NCBI RefSeq assembly: GCF_006345805.1
Contig: NC_043004.1
Location: 78,926,001-78,990,000 of the forward strand
Source of the DNA: Octopus sinensis
Taxonomy: Eukaryota
Reading direction: 5' to 3'
DNA length: 64,000 nucleotides
A program made the position numbers and the translations under genes. This document shows, one piece after another, positions 51,343 to 64,000 of this stretch (its first letter is position 1; each line of letters begins with the position of its first letter). The notes below the pieces were generated by a model. It worked only from the letters and a program-made list of their open reading frames with translations, did no database searches and had not been told where the DNA came from.

Positions 51343-52327
51343 TATATTATGTCAGGAAGAATTTATAATTAAGAAGAATTTAAAATTATAGTATCAGCTA
51401 TATCTGCAGTTGCAATGATCATGATAATAAAATTACTTTATCACAAAACTAGATAGTTTGAGTTAATAAGGCAACATCTATCTAAGAGTACAGTGTCTAA
51501 ACATGGCTTGTATATTAACAACTGGAGTCTTCACGTAAGAATCTGGATCTTCGGTGAGAGAGTGTTTTATCACTGGATAAGAATATGGAAGGATTGAAAT
51601 ATCTTGCTTCTGTCGTCTAGATTCCCGTTAAATTTATCTGCTGCATTCAATTATGAATTCAAATCATACTGAAGCAGATTTTATCTATCGGGGTCGCTAA
51701 GATATTACGGTAAGTACCGACATGAAAGCATGCGAATACCAAAAGATGCGGCTATGAGCTTCGTGTGTTTTCCTTAACCCACACCTAATTAAACTATTAT
51801 CAGCAGTTTTAACGTTGCATGTTTCCACTGAGCATTAGAAGATTTCTGTTTACTTTCATACGTACAGTTTCCTTGCTTTTAGTATTTCGATATTTTTCTG
51901 TATTTTCTGTATATTTCGAATTCCAGATCTTAATGCTTAGATAATAATTGCATCATGATAATGTTACGAGAGCTAGTTTAAACATACATGCACCATTAGA
52001 TACACTTTTGCTGTATTTTGTAATTCCATCATGAAATTCCTTCAATTTCATCCCACGATCACAAGGTGCCTAACAAGTACACCCACGTAATAATAATCTT
52101 TTATTTATTGCAACCGTTGGACTATAGCCAAACTGGGACACCGGCTTGAAGGGTTTTGTCGAACAAGTCGACCCAGTACTTATTTGAAGTCTAGTAATAA
52201 TTCTGTCAGTCTCTTTTGCCAAACTGCTAGATTGCAGAGACGTCGTAAACAATCTAGCATCGATTCTGAAGCGGTGGGGAAGGACGCAGAAACACAAACA
52301 TACACATATACAAGCATTTACACACAG

Positions 52328-52375
<48 letters not shown>

Positions 52376-52608
52376 TATTTCTTTACTGCCCTCAAGGGAC
52401 TAAACATAGAGGGGACAAACAAGGACAGACAAAGGGATTAAGTCGATTACATCGACCCCAGTGCGAAACTGGTACTTTATTTATCGACCCCGAAAGGATG
52501 AAAGGCAAAGTCGACCTCGGCGGAATTTGAACACAGAACGTAACGACAGACGAAATACCGCTAAGCATTTCGTCCGGCGCGCTAACGTTTCTGCCAGCTC
52601 GCCGCCTT
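52376..52608 (-). mobile_element. Young full-length SINE S1 in (TA)n
   Basis: Near consensus of the best S1 copies. Confidence 0.9.
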
Positions 52609-52613
52609 CATAT

Positions 52614-52645
<32 letters not shown>

Positions 52646-52699
52646 GTGTGTAAGTGTGTGTGTGTGTGTGTAACATATGGTATAATTATAAACAGGGCA

Positions 52700-53422
52700 A
52701 ATTTATTTAGTGTAAGCATGGCTGCTCCACTAGCAATGTGCACCAAAGAAGAACAAAGGGCAGTGACCCGATTTCTTTGGTCCGAAAGTGTGTCGGGTGA
52801 TGAAATTCAATGGAGGCTTTTAGCGCAATTGGTTAATGGTTTCAACGGTCTGGGTGCCCATGTGTGGGCATGCATTGTCATGCAACAACAAAATTTACTT
52901 TGACAATAGGCTCAGCGTTTGGTGAGAATTGCTGGCTTCAGTTTGTTAGTCATCAGAGCACCGTATCTTGCACTGTTGATCGTAAACCCCCTTTTCAGGT
53001 AGTCTTCCAGTATATGCCCTTTTGCGTCCCCAAAAAGGGTTAGCATCACCTTTCCCGCGGAAGACTGAGTCTTGAATTTCTTCATCACTGACGAGCCAGG
53101 ATGCATCCATTCCAGAGTCTTTTCGACTCTCATAATGATAGAATCATGTTTCTTCTCCTGTGACTATTCTGCTCAAAAGTGCCTCGCCTTCATTGTTGTA
53201 GCGATCGAGTTGGCAGACTGCAAGACGTTTGCGCTTGTACTCTAGTGTAGCGGCCATGCTTACACTATAAACCAAAAAGAAAAATGACACGATCAGGCTC
53301 ATACATCAATCACTTGACTACAATAGTTCCAACTATAAGCACGCATGCGCAGAATACAGTATAACAGTAATAAGAATATATCATGGCGAAAGTGTGAATA
53401 ACTTTTGACTTCCCTTCCTGTA
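52700..53422. mobile_element. Rearranged mariner transposon: N-terminus on + (ATG 52718), 5' end and catalytic core on - (ATG 53257)
   Basis: MAAPLAMCTKEEQRAVTRFLWSE (+); RIVTGEET, KKFKTQSSAGKVML, LLHDNACPH (-); TIR-like end with TA at 53421. Confidence 0.85.
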
Positions 53423-53605
53423 TATATATATAGTGAGAATTTACGAAAAAACAAAAGACAAAGACGGGTGTGTAAACAACAGATGTATTAGTTTAGCGTT
53501 AAGTCGGTCTTACATATAACTTTACATAAAAAACATTAATAAGCGTAAATAAACACACACATAAATGTTTATATACATACATATATATATACATATGACA
53601 TATAT

Positions 53606-53657
<52 letters not shown>

Positions 53658-53831
53658 ACGGGCGTCTTTCAGTTTCCGTCAACCAAATTCACTCACAAGG
53701 CTTTGCACGACCAGACACTATTGTAGAAGACACTCGCCTATGGTGTCACGCAGTGGGATTGAACCAGGAACCATGTAGTTGGCAAGCAAACTTCTGACCA
53801 CACAGCCACGCCTGCACCTTGATAGATATAC

Positions 53832-53891
<60 letters not shown>

Positions 53892-53938
53892 ATATATATA
53901 TTATATATATATATAATATATATATCTTTCTCTCTCTC

Positions 53939-54010
<72 letters not shown>

Positions 54011-54269
54011 ATATATTATATATATATATTGAAATAAGGATTCAATAGAATCACGCACTTGAAAAGATATGCATTAAGTAGGGTTGAATAATCTCTGTGA
54101 TTCTGACCTGTGGTTGGTGATTATCAAATAGAATATTCCGGTAGAGTACACACAGAAAGCCAGCCCTATGAGTATTTAGCACCTTGGGGTCGGTCCAAAT
54201 CACGCGTTACATTGGATAGTACGTTGTTAGTATACTCTAGGGTGTCCGACACCCTAGAGGTGAACTTAC

Positions 54270-54323
<54 letters not shown>

Positions 54324-54632
54324 TATATATATATAATCAAAATAAAACATGGAACAAGAACGTAACAGGTGACAACAAGACATCCGGACAGTTAGACGAT
54401 ACAAAAACAAGACAAAGAAAAGAAAACAAGGACGGGTCATTCGGAGCTTTCAGTCTCCAGTCGAGTACCAGATCATCTTAACAGTTTCGGCCGGCTACTC
54501 TCGAGACTGCTCTAATCTACCCGTCCCCAAGAAAATCTAAGCTAAGAGCACTAGATTCTTTGGAAGATAGCAAGCAAATGTATACGAAAATATACGCACA
54601 CACACACACACACACACATATACATACATACA

Positions 54633-54668
<36 letters not shown>

Positions 54669-54678
54669 TATATTATAT

Positions 54679-54721
<43 letters not shown>

Positions 54722-55204
54722 TAGAATCTAAAATTTATTCGTATGTAAAGAATAAAACAACACAATTTTCAATTTGAAAAAATCATTTTCTCGAACTGTA
54801 TCCATGTCGGTCTGTCGATGCTTGAATTTCTCTCAAAGGAATTAGTTTCCCATGAAAATTGCTAAAGCATGAAGATATTCTTGAACGAGAACTGCAATTT
54901 TTGAATGGAGAATTAATTAATTTGTAACAAAAATAAATATCACAATAAAATGTTGATTTGTTGAGAAATGGTAAATCTGCAGAAAAGTACGCGAATTCTA
55001 ACCTGATTTCTTTCTTTTACTTTCACGGCGGGCCAAATACCTGAGAGAATGACGAGCGCGGGCCGCATAACCATTTTGTTTAATAGAGTAGAGTGAATAC
55101 ACAAAACAATAAAGACAACTAACATCTTTATTTACCAAAGAAGGCGATGTTAGCATTAAGATAGTTATATTACACCCAGTGTACACATATCCGAATCTCA
55201 CAAA

Positions 55205-55440
55205 CTAGACAGCCCCCCCCCCAAAAAAAAAAGGTTGTTGAGGTTTGTGAAACTGGTGTTTAACTTTGAAGATATCAATATTTGCTTTGGAATTACTGCA
55301 TCCAAGTAAGAGAATTGCTTCCAAATGTTCATCAGTCAACCTCGTTCGATGTGCTGACTTCACATTCTTCATTATTCCAAACAATGATGCCATACTAGAG
55401 GAAAATGCAGGTACTTACACAAAAAGTACCTTGCTTTAAG
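55205..55440 (-). mobile_element. hAT-superfamily transposase C-terminal remnant
   Basis: MASLFG-IMKNVKSAHRTRLTDEHLEAIL resembles hAT dimerisation region. Confidence 0.6.
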
Positions 55441-55519
55441 GTGACGTAACTTCTTAACTGAGATTTTTTTTAGTAGAGATGGAAGTTTTTTAGTGATTGT
55501 AATGTAGAGGTTTGCATTT

Positions 55520-55963
55520 GCTTCAGTATCAGAGGATGTACAGATTAGTTACGGTTCAGTTCAGTCCATTATCACTGAAGATTTGGGTATAAGATGCATG
55601 TCTGCCAAGCTGACAACGTACCTGCCCATTCAGCGCAGCTTGTGCAGCAGTTTTTGGTTGGGCACAGCATTCCCCAGGTCCGACAGCCACCGTATTTCCC
55701 AGATCTCGCCCCTTGCAACTTTTTCCTCTTTACAAAAATCAGATTCAACTTGAAAGGAAGACGATTTCAGGACGTCGAGGAAATAAAAATGAATGCAACG
55801 AGCCAACTGCTGATACGAGCTCCAGGAATGCTTCCATCAATGGAAACAGCGCTGGATTAAGCGTGTGGAATCCTACTTTGAAGGAGATTAAATGCCAACT
55901 TGGTACGTGTCGCAGTTTTGTTTTTATGGCACCAGTCCGGATACTTATTGATCAGATTTCGTA
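55520..55963 (+). mobile_element. Internally deleted mariner 3' part
   Basis: DNVPAH...PPYFPDLAPCNFFLF...LKGRRF; terminal ccggatacttattgatcagatttcgTA. Confidence 0.85.
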
Positions 55964-56824
55964 TGTACCAAAATAAATTCCGGAATATTGCTAACTATTC
56001 AAAACGTAGTTTACACATACTGAAAATATTGATGCTGCCGACAAAGAAGTGTGACACCAATTATGGTCGGAATTAGGTTAACTAGACACGATTCAAAAGA
56101 ATCTTTTATCCTATTTCGAGCAACTAAAAATAGAATTCTATATCAAAAACAAGTGTGAGATCCAGAAAGAACTTAGGTTCTTCTTTGTAAAAAGGAACTA
56201 TCTTTACTTTCTAATCGTTAAAACAGATTGTGGTAAGAATTTAGTTTTTACGTTCAGAAATTGAAAAGTAAGCAATTATCCTTTCTTCAACAGGACAAGG
56301 AATGGCATTATGTATGTGGCATTCCTAGTATGCTGAGGTCGAATACTCCAAAGCTAATTCTTCAGTTTTGAATACACGAATTTCTTAGGGATCTTCCCCT
56401 TACACTTACCATTTCTTCAGCAATTCAGTGTAATAAATGAACCCGATTAATAAAGACACTTTGAGTAGAGAACATAATTTGTAATTCTGGTTGCATTGAG
56501 AGTTTTATGTTGCGTAAATTCCCCAAAGTATTCAACCTTCAAAATGGCTTTTTATCTTGTAAATAGTTTGGTTATTCACAGCAGTATTTTTAGTCCCCAA
56601 AAATATTGAAATACAAGTTAATGACTGGAAATAAACAATAACAATATTATATATATGTATATATATATATTATATATATATATATATAGTATTGTAAACA
56701 AACCAGAAAGACATTTATACATATATATAGACATATCCCTGTTCACAAAAACCTGGAATATAATTTTGAGCCATTTAGGTTAGGCCCCTTAATTCAACAG
56801 CTCAAATCGTGTGTCGTTCTAGTG

Positions 56825-57203
56825 GAAGTACTCCGTCGGTTACGACGACGAGGGTTCCGGTTGATCCGAATCAACGGAACAGCCTGCTCGTGAAATTAAC
56901 GTGTAAGTGGCTGAGCACTCCACAGACACGTGTACCCTTAACGTAGTTCTCGGGGATATTCAGCGTGACACAGAGAGTGACAAGGCCGGCCCTTTGAAAT
57001 ACAGGTACAACAGAAACAGGAAGTAAGAGTGAGAGAAAGTTGTGGTGAAAGAGTACAGCAGGGATCACCACCATCCCCTGCCGGAGCTTCGTGGAGCTTT
57101 AGGTGTTTCGATCAATAAACACTCAACGCCCGGTTTGGGAATCGAAACCGCGATCCTATGACCGCGAGTCTGCTGCCCTAACCACTGGGCCATTGCGCCT
57201 CCA
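56825..57203 (-). mobile_element. Full-length SINE S3 (tail a)
   Basis: Homologous to 30444-30832. Confidence 0.9.
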
Positions 57204-57693
57204 GTACAGTGGTTAGTACACATAACCGGCTTACAGTAGACGCAGCGTTCGAACCCCGTGCATGTCGTTACAACTTTTGCCGTCTTCTATATTTAGTAAT
57301 CTAAACAAGAATACTAGATATATGTTCATATATATACATATACAATATCGCTACAAAGATATGTCACACACAAGCAAACTTATATATCTGGAAAATGATT
57401 TTAGTTGAACAAAGAAATATATCAAATAACAACAATAATTCATTTTATTGCCACCAAAGCATTTTTAAGCCCACGAAAACTTGTTGCAAAAACACAAGGT
57501 ATGTACCAGTGGTTCCCATCCTTTTCACATTTATTTAAATGAGTTTTCCCCACAGACCCCTTATCCCTATGTATGTATGTATGTATGTATGTATGTGTGT
57601 GTATATATATAGATATATGTATATATATATATGTGTATGTGAGTATATATATAAATATGCATACACACAAACACACACCATATGTATACATAA

Positions 57694-57778
<85 letters not shown>

Positions 57779-57976
57779 CGCACACATATATTTATATATA
57801 CATATATAACGTAGACAACCTAGATTGGTTTCGGCCATTATCGGTCCAGGCCATGATTAACTGAATAGCACCAGCTGGAAAAGTCCATTAGTTAATTATT
57901 TCAGGACACAATGGACCACTCGAGCAGAGAGTTGTTGTTGGTTGAGGCGTATCCAGGTGTAGGTGGTTTATCCGGC

Positions 57977-58084
57977 ATGGGACTTACACCTTACCAAATC
58001 AGTAGCGCAAACTTGATGGTGATGGTGTATTTCGGTTTTAATCACCCCCCCCACATATATATATAATATATATATATATAATAT

Positions 58085-58122
<38 letters not shown>

Positions 58123-58274
58123 CGTAAATGGAGAAGGATGAAATGAGTACTCAACACTGCATTGGTAGATAAAGAATATAAACAAAGAATATAAAGGATA
58201 TATATATAATATATATAATATATTATATATATATATATGTATGTATGTGTGTGTGTTGTGTGTGTGTGTGTGTG

Positions 58275-58307
<33 letters not shown>

Positions 58308-58619
58308 GTATAATAAACTTCAAGGTAGTAAAAAATTATTTAGAAATGTTTTGCTACCAGTGGTCTAGCGTGAAGAAAAGACTAGTCTATAATATATGTG
58401 TGTGTGTGTGTGTGTGTGAGAGAGTGTATGTGTGTGGATGTATGTAAGTAATATATATATGTATATATGCATAGTCTATAATATACATATGTATATATAT
58501 ATATGTGTGTGTGTATCTATGTATGTATAATAAACTTCAAGGTAGTAAAAAATTATTTAGAAATTTTTTGCTACCAGTGGTCTAGCGTGAAGAAAAGACT
58601 AGTCTATAATATATGTGTG

Positions 58620-58671
<52 letters not shown>

Positions 58672-58968
58672 GTATATTATAGACTATGCATATATACATA
58701 TATATATACTTACATACATCCACACACACACATACACTCTCACTCTCTCACACACAAACACATATATATTATAGACTAGTCTTTTCTTCACGCTAGAGCA
58801 CTGGTAGCAAAAATTTTTAGATAATTTTTTACTACCTTGAAGTTTATTATACATACATACATACACACATATATATATATATCCTTTATATTCTTTGTTT
58901 ATATTCTTTATCTACCAATGCAGTGTTGAGTACTCATTTCATCCTTCTCCATTTACGTATATATATAT

Positions 58969-59001
<33 letters not shown>

Positions 59002-59078
59002 GGGGGGCGGTGATTAAAACCGAAATACACCATCACCATCAAGTTTGCGCTACTGATTTGGTAAGGTGTGAGTCCCAT
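57977..59078. repeat. Large fold-back: arms 57977-58500 and about 58655-59078, third direct copy of an about 90-bp unit in the spacer
   Basis: Arms are reverse complements apart from microsatellite length and few SNPs. Confidence 0.9.
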
Positions 59079-59227
59079 ACATTCCAGTAGATTAACATCT
59101 TCTATGTAGGACTTCCACACACATACCTGCCTTTTGACTATGAATCGATCGGATGGTACTGTGTTTCGTAGTCTTTGGCCGGTTCTGTGTCGTACCTTGT
59201 TTCTTATCTTGATACAAGCAATATTAG

Positions 59228-59436
59228 TTTCAAATTTTGGCACAGGGCCCGCAATTTAGTGAGAGGGGCTAAGTCCATTTCATCGACCTCAGTGCTCAAC
59301 TGGCACTTAGTTCATCGACTCAGAAAGGATGAAAGGCAAAGTCGACGCCGGCAGAATTTGAACTTAGAACGTAAATTTGAAAGATATGTCCCTAGCATTT
59401 TTCCCGGTGCGGTAGCTATACTGCCAGCTCACTGCT

Positions 59437-59437
<1 letters not shown>
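59228..59437 (-). mobile_element. SINE S1 adjoining (TAA)n
   Basis: Homology to S1. Confidence 0.75.
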
Positions 59438-59473
<36 letters not shown>

Positions 59474-59486
59474 TAATAATAATAAG

Positions 59487-59644
59487 GCATAGGAGTGGCT
59501 CTGTGGTAAGCAGTTTGCTTACGAACCACATAGTTCCGGGTTCAGTTCCACTGCGTGGCACCTTGGGTAAGTGTCTTCTACTATAGCCTCGGACCGACCA
59601 AAGCCTTGTGAGTGGACTTGGTAGATGGAAACTGAAAGAAACCC

Positions 59645-59680
<36 letters not shown>

Positions 59681-59880
59681 TGTGTGCCTGTCCCCCAACA
59701 TCACTTGACAACCGATGGTGGTGTGTTTACGTCCCCGTAACTTAGCGGTTCGGCAAAAGAGACCGATAGAATAATTACTAGGCTTACAAAGAATAAGTCC
59801 TAGGATCGATTTGCTCGACTAAAGGCGGTGCTGCGGCATGGCCACAGTCAAATGACTGAAACCGGCAAAAGAGTAAAAGA
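59487..59880 (+). mobile_element. SINE S2
   Basis: Homology to S2. Confidence 0.9.
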
Positions 59881-59882
59881 AT

Positions 59883-59934
<52 letters not shown>

Positions 59935-60849
59935 GCTGCTTTAAAGTATTTTCAGGCATATATTTTGTTTCACATTTGTTTCCTTTTCTTTTACTTTCGT
60001 TTTGTTTTTCTATTTATTTATTTATTTATTTATGTTTGCCATGTAAACTGTATATCTAATGCGATTCCGTTTCTCTTACTCTCACAGGAATGGTGATAAC
60101 TGGTTTACCAGTCTTATTCATAATTAATTTTGTACAAAGTCGTAAGTAACATTCTATTTATTTATTTATTCATCTCTTGATTTGTTCTTATTTGACCTGA
60201 TATTTCCATGAGTCTATTTACAGTTGCGATCCAATTACTTAAACACAAGGTCTGCGTTATTTAAACAGGAATATCCCTCTACTGTTATCTCAGAGTTACA
60301 TGAAAAAATTAAATGCCTCTGTAAAATATATTTTGGCTCTCGATCTTTTGATCTCAAAACGCTTTTCTTTCTCAGCTGGAAAGCCTCCACTATTTTTAAC
60401 TTTCTGTTCAAATTATTTGACACAACCCTTGTAAGAATAGAATCTTTTCTTCGTTCTTAATTATTAACATGGAATTCCAACCACATTTTGTGGTTCACTA
60501 CCTCAACAGCTCCTTCATAAGATCCAGTGACTAAGGACATCATCAGGAGGAACCAGGTCCGGTTTCGGCCCCTACTCCTCAACCGTTTTCGACGTGGCGG
60601 AGAACCCCTTTCGGATGTGACTTCAGATCCGGCGTTGAGTGCGTTTTTCTTTCTCCTTTTTTCTTGTTCTTACCATATTTATAAGTGGCATCCCTAATTT
60701 AGTGTAAAACCTTGATACAAATTCCCCACCCCACTTCAAATACAAACTTTGCCTCGTGTATAAGTCGCACCACAGTTTTTAAAAAATTTAAAGTCAAATA
60801 TAAATAGTACAACTTATACACGAGTAAATACAGTATATTATCATATATT

Positions 60850-61064
60850 AGTGTCAAATTTTTGCACATGGCCGGCAATTTTGCGGTAGGGGATTGGTTG
60901 ATTGTATCGACCCCAGTACTCAACTGGTACTTATTTTATCGACCCCTAAAGGATGAAAGGCAAAGTCGACCTCGGCGGAATTTGAACTCAGAACGTGAAG
61001 ACGGACGAAATGTCGCTAAGCACTTTGCACTGCATGCTAACGATCCAGCCAGTTGGCCACCCTA
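60850..61064 (-). mobile_element. SINE S1
   Basis: 15-bp TSD atattatcatatatt (60835-60849, 61065-61079). Confidence 0.9.
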
Positions 61065-62149
61065 ATATTATCATATATTGAGAACTCAAAACGAGGCCCA
61101 TACAAACTAAATATTCTCTATTATCATTTCAAGCAATGATCTATAGTTTGTAACGAATTTGGCTTGCTGAGACTACTTTATAAGTGTAAATATAACACAA
61201 ACAATATAAATATATCAAAAGCACTCGAGAAAACATCCATCACAAACGTTATAGAATCGACATCAACTGGTAAATTGCTTCTACTTTCTGAGAAAGCACT
61301 GACTTTACCTTCTGACAAAACTATGAAAACTTAAAAAGTTTCAGTTTTGATTAAAATCACTTGCTTTATTTCATTTCGTTAAATTTTATATTTTATTTCC
61401 AAGGTGCTATTTCTTGCGTTTAATTGATCGCTGTTGCCTAACAAGTAATCTATAATTGAAATCTGTGTGTCCACGAATTATCATGAAAATAAAATGCAAT
61501 GTGATTGTAATGGAGTTTGAATGTAAGTGTGTGCCACTCTATACTGGGCGCAGCTATCACTAAACGTATGCTTTCCATTCAATGAGTTTGTCAAAAGATA
61601 AGAGGAAATAGCATATTTACTTATTATATTACATCGTATTTCTATTTTCCATCTGTTTATATTTTACCGTCACGTTTTATTCTTTTCTTACTTGCTTCTG
61701 ACGTTTATTTCAATAAAAGGCGTAGTATGAAGTAGCGAAAGAGTTTTCATTTACCTTCCGCATTTTTCAGGCGATAAAACATTACAGAAAATTATAATGA
61801 CCCATTTTTTATAGGCCAATGACTAAAGTGTTATTGAGTAGGTGTTATATTTAATTTAGTTAATGTCATTCAAGATTCTAAAATATTTAATTAACTGTGT
61901 CAGTGAAACGTCGCATCGACGACACAATTCTTCATAAAGTTACTTTTTATATTTTAGATACAATACATTAATGAACCAATTTAGCATAATAGGATGTTGG
62001 AGTCGTAGATATGAGCGAATTGATTAACAGTATTAAATTTCACACAGTTTTCATTTTAAATCCTGTCTCGAATTGACTTTACAGATCTACCTAAGATTTA
62101 TCACTGATTAATTCATCACTGGACTCGGGATAACGGGACACGGTCGATT

Positions 62150-62510
62150 GTTAACCATGTTACGTATATTACGGATTGGTCCATGTTTACACGGGTTGAA
62201 TGTCCTGCTTGTACTGCCAAGGCGCTCCCTAGTGACTATCCACTGTATTCAGCTACCCAGAATGAACCGCTTATCGCTTGTTATTACATGACCCTATCGC
62301 GAGGTGGCGCATCTTGTATACAGGCTTACGTACCGATCCCCATCAGCGCGTGATCAGAGAACAAAAAATATACGAAGGCCTTTGGTCCAAGCAAACGACG
62401 CACACGAGTGTATTTTTACAGGAACAGGTGGAGAGAATCATGAAAATACGTTACGGATACAGGAAAAAGCTGAGATGATCAAGAAAATACGCGACGCTTG
62501 AAGCTTCGCT
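62150..62510 (+). mobile_element. Possible old RTE C-terminal remnant
   Basis: Frameshifted LRILRI and RW-HLV resemble the LRKIL...LRWSGHV region of the 13-kb RTE. Confidence 0.4.
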
Positions 62511-62924
62511 GTTGTGGACCGCAAGTTTGTTGTCAACGAATCTATCAATTCTTTTATTTACAAGAGGCGTGGGTATGATTCATTTATCACTGCTTTTGAA
62601 ACTAAACTCCACCACCGTGATAAACAACCATAGATGTACCGTTAATAGACCAATCGGGTGTTATCTTCTTATCTATTCTTCTATACACTCGTGGCAACGT
62701 AGAAATCGTTCGTAATGTATAACAGGGTGGTAAACTAGCACACTCCTCAGAGTCTTAGAAAGAATGCCGTGCGATCATCTGGCTCTTTACAGTTTGATTT
62801 CAAATTTCGCATAGGCCAATTTTGTTTTTAATCTTGCCGAGATACCAGTCCAATACCGAGGTAGATGGTGACGGCTACCAGCCAAACCAGGTTTTTGGCT
62901 TCACGCTTTTGCTGAGGGCACAGT

Positions 62925-63125
62925 CTCTTTAAATTTTATTAAATGACCTCTGGGTTATTCTTCCTGCACCAAGTCTTGTTCTGATTTCCTGAATGCATTC
63001 CGTTGTTTGGTCAGCAATCGGTCCTAGGTTCTTGAACTGATTAACCTTGGATAGCTTCACCCCTTGGCATCGTATGGTGAGCTGTCCTGCTTTCTTAGTG
63101 CTTGCACTAATTTTGGTCATTTACT
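62925..63125 (-). mobile_element. Old RTE-type RT remnant
   Basis: KLSKVNQFKNLG...EIRTRLGAGR resembles V..FKYLGS...EI..RL. Confidence 0.55.
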
Positions 63126-63823
63126 TAATTTCCACTCTCTTAAGTCTCTCTTCCTCTCATTCTCTTTCTCCCCTCTTTCTCTCTCCCTCTCTTTCTCTCT
63201 GTTCTTCTCTTCCGCTCTCCTTCTGTCCCTCTCCTCCTCTCTTTCCCTCTCCTTCTGTCCCTCTCCTCCTCTCTTTCCCTCTACTGTCAATGAACAAAAG
63301 TGATTACTTCAAACACTAACATTTATTTATATTCTTTATGTATTTATCTTTATTAGAAAAATACATTCTTACGTATTCAATAAAAATATATTTGAAGGAG
63401 GCCGCTTACCTCCTCTTTTCAACGGGCCACATCAATTCAGTGTCGGTGAACAAAACACGTTTACATAACCTGTGTATAGTTAACAGTTAAAAGTCTCCAT
63501 AAGAATATAAAGAAGTGCGAAGTTTTATGAATGAAGGAAAGAGAAATATCTCTGAGTGATATAACAGAGAACTCGATTTACAATTTGAATAAACAAATAA
63601 GGTTAATTAAATTTAAGTTGTGTAAAATAAGATAAAGTCATTCACCGTAATGCGAAGTCAGTTCTAATGCTTGAGACAAAGTCATTCAGCGGAAAACTTT
63701 TAGAAATAAGGTTTTAGACTCCATTTATATCCTCATTTCTTCAGAGAAAAGGCTTTGATCCAAAATGGCGCCTTCCTCTCGCCTTCTACAACTCACATCA
63801 CCAATTTAATAACTGTTTATTTT

Positions 63824-64000
63824 TAAGGCGGCGAGGTGGCAGAAACGTTAGCACGCCGGGCGAAATGCTTAGCGGTATTTCGTCTACCGCTACATTCTGA
63901 GTTCAAATTCCGCCGAGGTCGACTTTGCCTTCCATCCTTTCGGGGTCGATTAAATAAGTACCAGTTACGCACTGGGGTCGATATAATCAACTTAATCCAT
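63824..64000 (+). mobile_element. SINE S1 (cut by window end)
   Basis: Homology to S1. Confidence 0.9.

Larger units (their letters stand above)
52095..53818 (-). mobile_element. SINE S2 halves (tail 52095-52320, head 53655-53818) separated by nested insertions
   Basis: Same orientation and order; S1, mariner and other pieces lie between. Confidence 0.6.

Noticed and set aside
60535-60575. GAAAC...CTGATGA on the minus strand (type II hammerhead order)
   Set aside because: Only 4 nt available for stem I and stem II does not pair
63761-63772. YY1-like CAAAATGGCGCC (similar at about 31795)
   Set aside because: Isolated motif without CpG island or other promoter evidence

Overview
AT-rich eukaryotic, non-genic or intronic DNA almost entirely built from microsatellites and transposable elements. 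The SINE repertoire and composition suggest an octopod cephalopod (inference, not verified). I found no supportable host protein-coding gene, only one weak candidate exon. Most listed ORFs are translations of microsatellites. Main contents: (1) two clusters of 5'-truncated R4/Dong-clade (restriction-like endonuclease) LINEs from at least four subfamilies, stacked in (TAA)n tracts (1-2810 on +, 18617-20795 on -); (2) a young 5'-truncated RTE LINE with an uninterrupted reading frame, inserted in a SINE tail (13099-14573); (3) a frameshifted CR1/L2-group LINE ORF2 (25784-28625); (4) more than 40 tRNA-type SINE copies (my labels S1, S2, S3/S4, CORE-type); (5) mariner, hAT and Penelope-like remnants, several fold-back structures and degenerate hammerhead-like motifs; (6) a 100-N gap at 16903-17002. 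The most notable observation is a 5S-rRNA-headed element, present twice in a 587-bp tandem duplication. Its 3' tail matches the 3' end of the CR1-type LINE and of tRNA-SINE S2, with compensatory changes in a shared stem-loop. This suggests one LINE mobilising both a 5S-derived and a tRNA-derived SINE. Boundaries were read by eye and may be off by a few bases.
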